Origin: an uncultured Gammaproteobacteria bacterium
Lineage (GTDB): Bacteria; Patescibacteriota; Microgenomatia; CAZETR01
Assembly: GCA_964514545.1 (NCBI GenBank)
Contig: CAZETR010000033.1
Span: forward strand, 1,954-65,953
Direction of reading: 5' to 3'
DNA: 64,000 nucleotides
Part shown: positions 10,685-21,104 of the stretch, one piece after another
Position numbering within the stretch: the stretch's first letter is position 1
How the letters are laid out: the number at the start of each line of letters is the position of its first letter
Notes under the pieces: generated by a model
What the model saw: only the letters and a program-made list of their open reading frames with translations
What the model was told of the DNA's origin: nothing
The model's database searches: none
Position numbers and translations under genes: made by a program

Positions 10685-11024
10685 CTGTGTCTTTCTTTTC
10701 GGTGCTATTAATTACTTTTCTATTTCTCACCCTTCTGGGCTTGGACTTATCCGCCTTTACTAGTAAATATCTTAGCATACCTTCTTCAATTTTTACCCGG
10801 CGCTCTATCCTGCCAACCTCACCCGCCGGCATTGACAACTCTAAGTAATGATATACCCCCTCGCTTATTTTTTGGATAGGGTAAGCAAGAGATCTTTTAC
10901 CCCACTCCTCCTTTTTACTTAATTTTCCCTTAGCCTGAAGCACCAACTTATCTATCTCTTCGATTATTTTGGCAGCCGCTCCCGACGTAGGAGAAAACAC
11001 CAAGGTTAATTCGTAATCAGTCAT
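10674..11024 (-). CDS. rpsF: 30S ribosomal protein S6
   Basis: MTDYELTLVFSP… S6 N-terminus; operon context. Confidence 0.85.
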   Translation of the reverse strand: MTDYELTLVFSPTSGAAAKIIEEIDKLVLQAKGKLSKKEEWGKRSLAYPIQKISEGVYHYLELSMPAGEVGRIERRVKIEEGMLRYLLVKADKSKPRRVRNRKVINSTEKKDTDVK

Positions 11025-11105
11025 AAATTTTCCCTTCTGGGTCTAGATTTTAACAAAACAGCCACCCTAACTCAAGCCTGAAACACAAAAGGCCGCATTT
11101 GCGAT

Positions 11106-11711
11106 CTAATATCTCTCGCCTCTCGGCTTTTCTACGAACGGATGAAGAATAGCCACCTCATCGGGCTTATTCTTGTGCAAGTACAAAATTTTATCGATGT
11201 AGTGGCCCAGATCTGCATAGAAATGGGTAAATCTAAGATCAATGTCATCGTTTGTCATCACCGTATCCCCGGCCGAATCTGCAGGATGGATAAATGTTGA
11301 CTTGGCGTGAACAATTACATTTCCCACGTTAAATAGCTTCCAAAATAGACTCGGTGCGTATGTTTTTACTTTGACTGTATCGTCCCACCCCAAGCTTCGC
11401 ATCCCCGTCGAAAATGGCGTGGTCGCCTCAAACCTGACAATCCGCCTGTCGGTAATATAAAACATGTTTCTCCCCTGCATCAAAAATATAGCCCAAATCC
11501 CCAATGCCCAAACAACGAGTCCTAAAAGAACTCCCAAAGAAACAACCCCAGCGTGTCCGGATCCCAAAAAGGAAAAACCGGCAATAATTGCCGCCCCCAG
11601 GCCCAGAACCTTTACGGTTCCAGGAACCAGAGCCACTGCGTGTTGGAGCCCGTGGAACAGAACCTTTTCTCCTTCCTGCTGGCCGGAGAACTTGTGCGGG
11701 GTATTGACCAC
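11106..11711 (-). CDS. hypothetical membrane protein (2 TM + cytoplasmic PH-like region)
   Basis: Hydrophobic core flanked by soluble segments; no motif. Confidence 0.4.
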   Translation of the reverse strand: MVNTPHKFSGQQEGEKVLFHGLQHAVALVPGTVKVLGLGAAIIAGFSFLGSGHAGVVSLGVLLGLVVWALGIWAIFLMQGRNMFYITDRRIVRFEATTPFSTGMRSLGWDDTVKVKTYAPSLFWKLFNVGNVIVHAKSTFIHPADSAGDTVMTNDDIDLRFTHFYADLGHYIDKILYLHKNKPDEVAILHPFVEKPRGERY

Positions 11712-11720
11712 AGGTGAATT

Positions 11721-12860
11721 CTACACCCCGACCTTAAACTCAACAACATCTCCCTCCCGCATCACATACTCCCGTCCTTCGACTCGGACCCGACCCAGCT
11801 CTCTCGCCTTTTGCCATCCTCCCAGAGAAATAAAATCCTCAAATGATACAACTTCCGCTTTAATAAAATGTTTTTCAAAATCGGTATGAATCACTCCCGC
11901 GGCCTGGGGAGCTTTCATGTCTTTTTTAATTGTCCACGCACGAACCTCAAACACCCCTTGCCCTTCCGAAGCTTTAGCGGAGGAGGGAGCAGTTAGAAAG
12001 GTCTGTAAACCCAGCAGTGAAAATGCTGATTGAATAAGTCGTTCCAATCCCGATCTCTCCTGTCCTAACTGGTTTAAATATTCCCTCTGCTCGCTCGCGG
12101 ATAGTTCAGAGAGCTCCGACTCAACCTTGGCGCACACTACAACTACACTTTCGGGCGAAACTCCCAACTCGCTGGCCTTTTCAGCCGTAAGTCCATTCGT
12201 CGCTGTCGAACTTAACTGGGATTCTTCGACATTTAAAACATAAATAGCCGGCTTGGTAGTTAATAAAGGTAAACTTCGTTTCCAATCAGCAAGTCTTTCC
12301 GGCACTTCCACTTCCGCGGCCCTTTGGCCTGCCTCAAGCTTAGACACCATACCCTGCAGTAGAGTCGTGAGCAGCTCTGAATCGGGGTTTGATTTATCTT
12401 TCTTGATTCCATCGAGTAACTTCCCGGCAACGTCAAGATCCGCGAGCTTTAACTCCGTTTCGACTGTCACCAGATCCGCCCGGGGATTTTCACTCCCCGC
12501 CCGAATCACGTTCGGATCATCAAAAGCCCGAATCACGTGCGCAATCGCATCTACCTCCCGAATATGAGATAAAAATTTGTTCCCCAAACCCTCTCCTTTG
12601 CTGGCCCCTGCTACGAGTCCTGCAATATCTACGAAGCGCACAGTCGCCTGAACCTCCGGCGGCAAACGATTCAACTTTCCCGCTTCCCTAACGACCGCGG
12701 CCAGCATTTCCAGCCTCTCGTCCGGCACACCCACCACCCCAATATTCGGTTCAATTGTGGCAAAAGGGTAATTTGCCGCCAACGCCTGCTGCTTCTTAAG
12801 AAGCGCGTTAAAAAGCATCGACTTGCCAACATTCGGGAGACCTACTATTCCTATTTCCAT
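11721..12860 (-). CDS. ychF: ribosome-binding ATPase YchF (Obg-family GTPase with TGS domain)
   Basis: P-loop 'GIVGLPNVGKSMLFNAL', G4 region, C-terminal TGS domain. Confidence 0.85.
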   Translation of the reverse strand: MEIGIVGLPNVGKSMLFNALLKKQQALAANYPFATIEPNIGVVGVPDERLEMLAAVVREAGKLNRLPPEVQATVRFVDIAGLVAGASKGEGLGNKFLSHIREVDAIAHVIRAFDDPNVIRAGSENPRADLVTVETELKLADLDVAGKLLDGIKKDKSNPDSELLTTLLQGMVSKLEAGQRAAEVEVPERLADWKRSLPLLTTKPAIYVLNVEESQLSSTATNGLTAEKASELGVSPESVVVVCAKVESELSELSASEQREYLNQLGQERSGLERLIQSAFSLLGLQTFLTAPSSAKASEGQGVFEVRAWTIKKDMKAPQAAGVIHTDFEKHFIKAEVVSFEDFISLGGWQKARELGRVRVEGREYVMREGDVVEFKVGV

Positions 12861-12881
12861 AGCCAGATTTTATCATCCTCT

Positions 12882-13394
12882 CTATATAAACAAAGCAATC
12901 AATATCCCGTCGTATCCAGAACGCATGTATCCGTAATCTTTAGGTTGACTGCCAATGAATTCCGTTATCCTTTTCGTTGCCTCATTAAATACCTCCCTAT
13001 AAGAAACCGAGTAGGGTGCAAAGTAATCAATTATCTTTCCATTCTTTAATTTAAATCTATACATCTGATACCCTCTCATGCCGGGACCAGTCGTCCGAGC
13101 CCTTCTCACACCCCACTCTGTGATATCTGACACCCCCATTTCAACTTGTTTATGAAAAAACATCCATAAGTTTACAAACTTAAAACCATCTTTTTGCTTC
13201 AAATCAATCCTCATAAATAAAAACGTGACGAGTAGCTTCAAAAAACCACTAATGACTACCAACGAAAACACCAAACTCGCTAAGGACCATGATTCTCGAA
13301 GCAGTGAAAACAAGAGTAGGACTAGTATTCCGACCAGCAAAATTCCAAACCCCCAAACCACATACCTTGTAAATCTGTCTGGATAAATATACAT
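12882..13394 (-). CDS. hypothetical membrane protein
   Basis: Two N-terminal TM helices; no motif. Confidence 0.35.
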   Translation of the reverse strand: MYIYPDRFTRYVVWGFGILLVGILVLLLFSLLRESWSLASLVFSLVVISGFLKLLVTFLFMRIDLKQKDGFKFVNLWMFFHKQVEMGVSDITEWGVRRARTTGPGMRGYQMYRFKLKNGKIIDYFAPYSVSYREVFNEATKRITEFIGSQPKDYGYMRSGYDGILIALFI

Positions 13395-14024
13395 GTACCA
13401 ATGTTATCACTAATTAGAAATTGGCGTAAAATTAACTTTCGGAAGTCTAAACTTTAGTTTAAATTCAAAAAGTGTGTCTGTGACTTGGCCATCCCTATCT
13501 GTAGTCCCACTGACTTTCTCCTCTCTTTTTGTCATCGCTCAAGTACAAAACATGAGGCAGATTCGTCAGCAGAGCCTGTCTCATTTTTTTATCGCTCTCC
13601 ACAAATCGATTTTACCACCTCACGTTCACTAATTTCGCAAACCCCGCATTTAAGTGAGAGTATACGTTTGGCCTGGAAATTCCCGTATCTTGTGCCACCT
13701 CATCTATAACCCCCAGGTCCATGTAGCTACAAATGCACTGCCATTGTCTGACAGTAACTCCAGCTCTAAATGCAATCGTTTCCGCCACTTCATACGACGC
13801 TGACTCTCCAACCTTTCAACTACTTCAGGAAACAGAGCTTCGTATCGGCCTTCGTGGTAAAACTTTATTTTGAGTTCTTCCATACGGGAAATCTAATGAA
13901 TTCAAGTAGATAACTAGAGGATATTAATACGAATCCGGGATAGTTGCTTGATATAATTATGTCAAAATAATGACGATTTAGAGTCTAAAATTAAATCATC
14001 ACTCAATTTCTCTTCCCTTTACAG

Positions 14025-14738
14025 CTAATACTCCTCCACTTCCCAAGTTTTCTCTAAAAATTGCAGCCTGTTCTGGGCCGCCACCTTAAGTATCAAGTGC
14101 ACATCAGGAAATACTTTTGACAAGTCCTTTACTTCTGACTTGCTCATCCAAAGATTCCTACCACCTTCAAATTCCTTAACCAGCTGTCCTTTGACTTTTT
14201 CAGCCACAATCACGTAAAAATATTTGTCTTCGAGGAGCGCTCCATTCTTGTTATCGATTTTGTGCTCGATTCCCACCAACCGCACTTCCCCTTCCAACCC
14301 GGTTTCTTCGTTCAATTCCCTTAGCGCTGCTTCCAAAACCCTCTCTCCCCACTTGATCTTACCGCTAACAAATCCATGATACCCAAAATATGGCTGCTTT
14401 AACCGCTCTTGGAATAAATACTCTACCGTCCCTCCAACAATTCGTCGAGGAATTACCAACACCGCTGTTTTGGGCTGACGCTCGATCTTTCGGTTATCGG
14501 TATCCATTCTGTTTGCCAGCTCCTTACCGGCAGCCGTCAACCCATATCCAAGCGGTGTTTTCTCGACAAACCCCAACTCCACCAATCGCCGGAGATGAAA
14601 ACTAAAGTGATCATTCTCCAGACCCATCAAGTTAAGCTGGGAAAACCGGGCAACGGGCATAAACAGAAGTTTGCGTAAAATCTCGGCCTGAACCGGATGG
14701 ATCTCAAAATCAGTGTTCATGAAGCCAAGTATACCCAT
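14025..14738 (-). CDS. winged-HTH / NUDIX hydrolase fusion protein
   Basis: N-terminal wHTH (…FHLRRLVELGFVEK…) and C-terminal Nudix box 'GKIKWGERVLEAALRELNEETGLEGE'. Confidence 0.6.
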   Translation of the reverse strand: MGILGFMNTDFEIHPVQAEILRKLLFMPVARFSQLNLMGLENDHFSFHLRRLVELGFVEKTPLGYGLTAAGKELANRMDTDNRKIERQPKTAVLVIPRRIVGGTVEYLFQERLKQPYFGYHGFVSGKIKWGERVLEAALRELNEETGLEGEVRLVGIEHKIDNKNGALLEDKYFYVIVAEKVKGQLVKEFEGGRNLWMSKSEVKDLSKVFPDVHLILKVAAQNRLQFLEKTWEVEEY

Positions 14739-14807
14739 ACCCGCCTAGAAGTCTAGTAAAGACCACTTCACCATCCAAAAACAAGGGTTTGTTCCACAGG
14801 AGGAATT

Positions 14808-17777
14808 CTATTTCAAAACCTTAAACTTGGCCTTGCTCCTGGCAGTTCCGTTCGCATTCGTTACTGATACATACCCAGTCGTGGCCCCACGCGGAACCTG
14901 AACGGTTATCGACCTGTCATTTACAATTATTGTCTTTGCTTGATCCAAATTCATGATAACCATAACAGGTCCGTGTCTGAACCCAGATCCAACTATCTTA
15001 ATCTCCGCTCCTGGTTTTGCGCTGTTGGGAACAAAACCATCAATCACCGGCTGAACGGGTGGAGTTGAAGTAATCGTTGTTGCCGGGGACGGACCGGGAG
15101 TTAACATTCGAGTAGGTGAAGGAACTGGAGGCGTAAGGACAACTGTTGGTGTCGGGACTACAGAAACAAGAGGAGTTGGCGTAGAAACAGGAGGAATATA
15201 GTCAAACGGCTTATAGTAGATTAATACCCTGCCTCGGTTTAAGTCGGGAATGTATAAATTATCATCTTCATCGAAAACTGCTGAATATGGCTGAGAATAA
15301 AAATCCCTCAACTTGTAATCAGGGTTAATGCTCGTTTTAAGCGTCTGGACCGGATCAGTATAAAGTCCGGGGAAGGGGGGCCAGGTTCCCCAGACATTGT
15401 AACCTATCGCCATCTGATTTCTGGAATTAAACGCCGGCTTCCACGCTGCGACTTTCGGCGAGACCAGAGTCGCGTCAGGCCCCATTAGTGCTCTATCCGT
15501 AATCCCGTCGAACATGTTTTTATCAAACATCAGGATTCTCTTATTGCCGTGAAATTCCAATGAATTGTCATTTACCCACACATTTCCCAATCTATCCAGA
15601 GTAACCCCCCCAGGTTTGCAAACCGTGTTTGTAGCAGCCCCAGTCGGTTCTGCAGTCCCTGAGTAATTATTAAGCGCCGGATCCCTGTTACAGGAGGCGT
15701 CTGTTGCATTTGCCTGCCCGAGAATCACATCGACAACCGGGCTTGTCAACGGATCACGAACCCTAATCACTCTATGCGTATTATCCGAAGCCTGAGTTAG
15801 CCACAGATATTTACCGTCGGATGTTACATCTATACCCCAAAAATCATCATTAAAACCCCATTTTATTTCTCCCCCACCAAGAACAGGTAACGGCCTTTCG
15901 GAAGAGATAACTCCACGAGTAACCGGCTGAGCTCCGCTAACCAACGGTAGGTCATAAACATCTACTGTCGATTTTCTAACTACGAACATGTGGTTGCTGT
16001 CAGCCGTAATCATTCCAATCCCCCACGGGTCCCTATCTTCAAAACCGCTTATTCCTGCATATCCGTTCGCCGGCTGACCACTGGAAAGAGTTTTCGCATC
16101 GTTCCAAAACAATAATCTGTAAGAATCAGCGACAATAAATTGATTATTTTTAACCATAACCGCATGAGGAGAATCAAGCCCTTTATTGCTACGATAATTT
16201 AACCCTTCCGGAGGAGAAAACAACTTCTTGTCAGCCGAATAAATAAATCCGGGGTGAATTGTGGGGATCGGAGCCGGAAATCTCCACACGTCCTGCCAAG
16301 ACGAAGAGGCAGACACAAAGATATTGCCATCGGTGTCAAACCCAAAGGAACCATACGCTTCACACATATTTGAAGAGCAATTACCGTCCTTGTCGGGATT
16401 AACACATTGTAAGTTGGGCGTAACCGACCCACACTGAAGATTCTGCTGCAACGAATCCTTAAACAACACCTTATCAACTGCAGTTCCTTCTCTGTTCCAA
16501 TGAGTCAACATCTGGTTAAACCTCTCCAAAATCCACACCCCATCACCGGATGGATCAAACTCAATGGAAAGCGGACCCTTTATCCCGGTCCCGAAAGTTG
16601 ACGAAGCTGACATGCCGCTTGTAAACGGAGGCTTAAATATTGTTATTCTCCCGGTATTCTCGAGTTCGTGACCTTTTTCTACCACATACAAGTCCCCCTC
16701 CGGACTAAATCTAACGGCAGCCGGCTCATTCATCTGGTTCAGGCCAGTACCCCGGGTTCTGGTCGAAAAGCGCTGCTGCCCAAGTACCAAATCCGCGGTC
16801 TTTGATATCTCTCCAGAGTCGTTTACAGGAAATCTCAATACCCGATGGTTTGAAGAGTCGGCCACCCACAAGTTACCCGTTTTATCAATCTCAACACCTG
16901 CCTGAAAGCTATCCTGAAATGCTTGATTAAATCCCATACACAAAGTGCCTGACGTCGGCGAAGCGTCTCCACCGCCTCCGTTACACTCGTTTCCGGTAAA
17001 ATCATTTTGTCCCCACACTTCATCTGCAACAGTATCTGTAGTAAATGGAGAGTTAAACTTTAAAACTCTATTGTTATAAAAGTCAGGAACGAACAGATTA
17101 CCATTTGAATCAACCGCCATGCTGGCTGACGAACCACCCTCGAGCGGACTGGGCAAGACACCGGGTAACAAACAAAGAGACCCAGAAGAGGCCTTTTTCC
17201 TAGCCGGATAATATTCGTTATTACTATCCCCGTTGCACGCCGAGTAGCCATAAAGGCCCGGTTGGCCTAGCACCAAATCAGCGGGCTTTTTATCAATCAG
17301 TTGGCATTTGGAATCTTCACATTCAGAATTGCTGGTGCAGTTTCTGAGAACCCCATTCTTATTACAAGTTCCCAGATAGGAATGCCCCAATATTCTATTA
17401 TTGCCACCGTCATAAACGTAAATTCTATTTGGCTTGACTGACCTATCGACAACAACTCCGCCTGGGTTAAACAACTTAAAGGGAGCTACTTCGTTTATGG
17501 CCATCTGGTTAAAATCAATCTGGCCAATGACTACGTCGGCCCACAAATCTCCTGGTTTACCCCTCTCGACCGAAGATAAGGCAACAGAAGAAGCGCTAGC
17601 CTTAAGCTCTCTTTTTTTCTTTACAGCATGCGCACCAAATCCCACGCCAACTACGAGAAGCAGCATCAATGCGGGAACAAGATATTTCTTCGAGTTTGAG
17701 AACCAGTTAAATAGCCGGTCGGGAAACTTTGAGGAAGATTGAACCAAAACTTGACCGTCGTTATCTATCTCCACCAT
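14808..17777 (-). CDS. large secreted/surface protein with NHL (β-propeller) repeats and C-terminal IPT/TIG domain
   Basis: N-terminal TM/signal, repeated 'NNRVLKFN / NHRVLRFP' NHL motifs, Pro/Thr-rich linker, C-terminal Ig-like 'PVIDGFVPNSAKPGAEIKIVGSGF…'. Confidence 0.6.
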   Translation of the reverse strand: MVEIDNDGQVLVQSSSKFPDRLFNWFSNSKKYLVPALMLLLVVGVGFGAHAVKKKRELKASASSVALSSVERGKPGDLWADVVIGQIDFNQMAINEVAPFKLFNPGGVVVDRSVKPNRIYVYDGGNNRILGHSYLGTCNKNGVLRNCTSNSECEDSKCQLIDKKPADLVLGQPGLYGYSACNGDSNNEYYPARKKASSGSLCLLPGVLPSPLEGGSSASMAVDSNGNLFVPDFYNNRVLKFNSPFTTDTVADEVWGQNDFTGNECNGGGGDASPTSGTLCMGFNQAFQDSFQAGVEIDKTGNLWVADSSNHRVLRFPVNDSGEISKTADLVLGQQRFSTRTRGTGLNQMNEPAAVRFSPEGDLYVVEKGHELENTGRITIFKPPFTSGMSASSTFGTGIKGPLSIEFDPSGDGVWILERFNQMLTHWNREGTAVDKVLFKDSLQQNLQCGSVTPNLQCVNPDKDGNCSSNMCEAYGSFGFDTDGNIFVSASSSWQDVWRFPAPIPTIHPGFIYSADKKLFSPPEGLNYRSNKGLDSPHAVMVKNNQFIVADSYRLLFWNDAKTLSSGQPANGYAGISGFEDRDPWGIGMITADSNHMFVVRKSTVDVYDLPLVSGAQPVTRGVISSERPLPVLGGGEIKWGFNDDFWGIDVTSDGKYLWLTQASDNTHRVIRVRDPLTSPVVDVILGQANATDASCNRDPALNNYSGTAEPTGAATNTVCKPGGVTLDRLGNVWVNDNSLEFHGNKRILMFDKNMFDGITDRALMGPDATLVSPKVAAWKPAFNSRNQMAIGYNVWGTWPPFPGLYTDPVQTLKTSINPDYKLRDFYSQPYSAVFDEDDNLYIPDLNRGRVLIYYKPFDYIPPVSTPTPLVSVVPTPTVVLTPPVPSPTRMLTPGPSPATTITSTPPVQPVIDGFVPNSAKPGAEIKIVGSGFRHGPVMVIMNLDQAKTIIVNDRSITVQVPRGATTGYVSVTNANGTARSKAKFKVLK

Positions 17778-17816
17778 CCCATGGTACAGCCAACTCGCTC
17801 AAATTTGCAACTACAC

Positions 17817-18998
17817 TCAAAGTGCAACTGCTCCCAGTTTTGACTTTGCTAAAATCCGCAGTGAAATTAACAAACAAGTGAAAACTACCAAACTTCCAAA
17901 CAGAAACGGCGCCGGAATAGCTATTGTCGCCACAATTCCGCCGGCAATTGGTCCAAATATCATTCCCAAACTGACATAGGACGAATTAACTCCCAATATC
18001 TCACCCTGGCTTTTGGCATCGACCTCTTTGGACAAAAGGGATGAGATAACCGGAGCCACAAAACCATTTACCAGCGAATGAAGCAGAGAAACTGTAATAA
18101 ACCAAGCGAAGCTCCGGGAGAAAAAGAGGAGGGCAAACGAAACCACGCCGAAAGACAGGGATAAACTTAACGTTTTTCGATCTCCAAATTTTTTAGTAAT
18201 CCTGGGGATAATCAGAAGCTGCGAAACCAGCCCCATAATTCCAAACACGGTAAAGCTCTCCGATATCTGGGTTGGGGAAAGATGCAACACGCGAACGGAA
18301 ACAGGCTGGTAGGCAAAGATAAATAACGAAAAGGCAAATGAATAAAGCAGCGAAACTAGTAAGGTCATGCCGACATTTTTATCGACAACTGCCCGGGCCA
18401 ATTTCCGCAGATCAATTAGCTGGCCATGCGCAACCTGGCCTATATTTTTATTAGTCTCGGGCAGAATAAACCAAGTCAATAGAATTGCAATAAACGTCAT
18501 ACTGGCTGCGACCAAAAACGGTACTGAAAGACCAAATCCCAAAGTCAAAGCTGAAATCGCCGGACCGAAAATAAATCCGAACCCGAACGAGGCCCCGATT
18601 ATTCCAAATCCGCGGGCCCGATCCTTGTGCTCAGTCGTATCGGAAATAACCGCCGAGGCCACAGGAATATTGCCGGCAGTAATCCCGTCCAATGCCCGGG
18701 CCAAAAAGAGAAAAACTGCGCTCGGGGCAAACGCCATCATTAGAAAGGAAATCATGGTTCCGGCCAGCGAGATGAGAAGCAATGGTTTTCGCCCATACTG
18801 GTCCGACAACCTGCCGATAAGTGGGGTTGCCAGGAATTGAAACAGAGAGAAAGTCGCAAACAGTAACCCGTTTTGAAAATCGTTTAGCCCAAACTTACGG
18901 GAATATGAATAAAGAATAGGGATGATAATCCCATATCCCAAGGCATTTACAATCGCAATGACAGATACGGCCAGTAGACTCTTGTTGTTTTTAAACAC
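17817..18998 (-). CDS. MFS transporter
   Basis: 12 TM profile with MFS loop motif 'GRLSDQYGRKPLL'. Confidence 0.75.
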   Translation of the reverse strand: MFKNNKSLLAVSVIAIVNALGYGIIIPILYSYSRKFGLNDFQNGLLFATFSLFQFLATPLIGRLSDQYGRKPLLLISLAGTMISFLMMAFAPSAVFLFLARALDGITAGNIPVASAVISDTTEHKDRARGFGIIGASFGFGFIFGPAISALTLGFGLSVPFLVAASMTFIAILLTWFILPETNKNIGQVAHGQLIDLRKLARAVVDKNVGMTLLVSLLYSFAFSLFIFAYQPVSVRVLHLSPTQISESFTVFGIMGLVSQLLIIPRITKKFGDRKTLSLSLSFGVVSFALLFFSRSFAWFITVSLLHSLVNGFVAPVISSLLSKEVDAKSQGEILGVNSSYVSLGMIFGPIAGGIVATIAIPAPFLFGSLVVFTCLLISLRILAKSKLGAVAL

Positions 18999-19097
18999 AA
19001 TCTCCTATGTTAACTCAAGCACAAACCAGCTGTCTACCCCAAAGACGGCAAAAATCCCGCCCAAAGGCGGGATTTTTAACTCCTTAAATTCAAGTCT

Positions 19098-19334
19098 TTA
19101 CATTGCAGGAGCTGCCGGCGCTGCCGGAGTCTCCATAACTTCTGTCGCTGTTTCACACATCTTGGCAACATCCTCCATCGAAGGAACTGGCTGACCCACG
19201 TGCTTTTCACCAAAGTGGGCGTTGACTGCATCCTGAGTCATCATGGCCTTAAAAGCTGCCACGGCTGCCGGTTGATCTGCTGCATCGACAAACATGTCAT
19301 CTCCGCAGGTACAAGTCATTTTAAATTTCTTCAT
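19098..19334 (-). CDS. small Cys-containing protein, DUF1059-like (putative metal-binding)
   Basis: MKKFKMTCTCGDD… pattern and size resemble DUF1059 family; intermediate GC. Confidence 0.35.
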   Translation of the reverse strand: MKKFKMTCTCGDDMFVDAADQPAAVAAFKAMMTQDAVNAHFGEKHVGQPVPSMEDVAKMCETATEVMETPAAPAAPAM

Positions 19335-19408
19335 TCAATTTCACCCCCTCTCAGTTTTGAAACTGATCCCAGTCTACGCTAAAACAAGTCCTCATTCAAC
19401 CACAAAAA

Positions 19409-19434
19409 GCCCCGGCTGGAAAACCAGCCGGGGC
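19409..19434 (-). terminator. rho-independent terminator (11-bp GC stem, AAAA loop, T5 tail on minus strand)
   Basis: GCCCCGGCTGG-AAAA-CCAGCCGGGGC perfect hairpin; minus-strand reading is followed by CTTTTTGTGG; immediately downstream of minus-strand gene 19611-20726. Confidence 0.8.
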
Positions 19435-19610
19435 CGGGGGTCTGCTCTGGAAACCAGGCAAACCCGCGATTTTAGAGATCCTTCTCCAATTGCCGGACAG
19501 GAACTACCCCGCGCGGCGGCAAATACGCCGCGAGGATGGCCCCGCCGACAGTGAAAATGAGCAGCGGTACCAAGATAGCTAAAACCACCAGATTCATGGG
19601 GTTTAGCCTA

Positions 19611-20726
19611 CTAGGGCGCGGGGGCTGTCGGGGTGACAGTAATGATAGCCCCAGGGAACATCACCTGAAGCACCGCCCGGACCACCTCCGGATCTTGGCC
19701 TGTAGTTGCTGAGAAAATCGTCCTCAAGACTTTCGCCTGGGACTCCGCATCGAGTTCGGCTTGCTGTCGACCGAACGCGGACTGCGTTGCCTCAATACTC
19801 TGACGCAGTTGCAGATTTTCTTGCTGCTGCTGGAGGCGCTCCCCTTCCAAACGCTCTTTCTCCACTTCGGACTGCGCCGCAGACTGACTATCACGGTAGG
19901 CCTGATCGCCAATTTCGACCCCGCGGATGAACACCGCGAGGATTTCAATCGGCTGACCGGCGACGGCCTTATCGATAATGCCTTTATAGATATCCGCCAG
20001 GCGAGCGCGCCCATCGGCAGACAAGATGTCATTCTGAGTCAATCCCGAACTCATCGCCCGGGCCGCACGCAGCGGCGATCCGATGAAAATCTGGGTTGCC
20101 GCGTCAGCAGAGGCCATCTCCCACAAGGCCTTGGCCGTATCATCGGTGTAAACGAATCTGAAAGACACGTCCACGTCCACGTTCGCACCGACCGGGTTGT
20201 CGTTAACTGACGCGCCCGTTAGCGTAGTTTCACACTTAAAACTGGCGCAAGCATCGGGATTGGTCAGCAGATCGGGGCGCAGAGTTCTGTAGCGGAGGAC
20301 GCCTGCAGGAAACAACAGTGTCTGTGAAACATCAATGTTGTACGTCCCCTGACTCAGAATCCGGTACTTCGTCTGGCTTTCGCGGTAAACCGCAACCAAG
20401 CCAGTCTGCACCACTGCCGCAGGAACCAGGAGAACCCAGGATTGGGCAATCTCCCGGTATTGGCCAGACGGAAGAATCTGGCCCTTGTAGAGGCCGAACT
20501 GTCCCTGCGGGACGTCTGCGATCGGCTCAACGATATCTTGGGACCCGACCGAATCGCCCGGCCGGAACAGTTGGGTGTAGGGATCCTGCTCGTTGCCTGG
20601 CGTGAACTGCTGATTGGGCGTGTAGCCGATCTCACCCGTTTGCACAACCTGGGGCCCGCCCGCACAGGACGACGCCAAAAGCGAGAGTAATACAAGCAGC
20701 GCAAACACGATCGATTTCCTGCTCAT
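19611..20726 (-). CDS. lipoprotein with SPFH/band-7 (prohibitin-like) domain
   Basis: Lipobox signal (LLASSCAGG), C-terminal SPFH-like region and coiled-coil (…EKERLEGERLQQQQENLQL…); high-GC island. Confidence 0.55.
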   Translation of the reverse strand: MSRKSIVFALLVLLSLLASSCAGGPQVVQTGEIGYTPNQQFTPGNEQDPYTQLFRPGDSVGSQDIVEPIADVPQGQFGLYKGQILPSGQYREIAQSWVLLVPAAVVQTGLVAVYRESQTKYRILSQGTYNIDVSQTLLFPAGVLRYRTLRPDLLTNPDACASFKCETTLTGASVNDNPVGANVDVDVSFRFVYTDDTAKALWEMASADAATQIFIGSPLRAARAMSSGLTQNDILSADGRARLADIYKGIIDKAVAGQPIEILAVFIRGVEIGDQAYRDSQSAAQSEVEKERLEGERLQQQQENLQLRQSIEATQSAFGRQQAELDAESQAKVLRTIFSATTGQDPEVVRAVLQVMFPGAIITVTPTAPAP

Positions 20727-21104
20727 TCCACATCCTCCATGATGTTGTTCAAGTAATTGCTGAAAAATCGATAGTCTTTCCGACGCAATCGCTCGATAAA
20801 TCTCCTCCGTTTCTTTGAAGAAATAGTAGTCAGCAATTCATTCAAGCTGCCATTCTAAGCACAAGTTATTTATGCCAAAATTGGCAGCCTGAAAGTATAA
20901 ATTGGATTTCAAAGTGCAACGATAGAGTTGACAGCACATCGACAAGATATGCGGTCAATATATCGGGCAATCCGGGTGCCAGGTCTCTACCAGCCGCGGT
21001 TTCCCGCAACTGTCAGAATACCCGACACCCGTTTTTTCAGTCAGAGGATTGCTCCCCCAGCCGGATTGCCGTGTTGTTACTTGAGATTCAAACTGGGAAC
21101 GATG

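Noticed and set aside
13485-13709. 74-aa plus-strand ORF in the 13.4-14.0 kb gap
   Set aside because: Low-complexity, no start context or homology signal; kept only as part of the gap observation.
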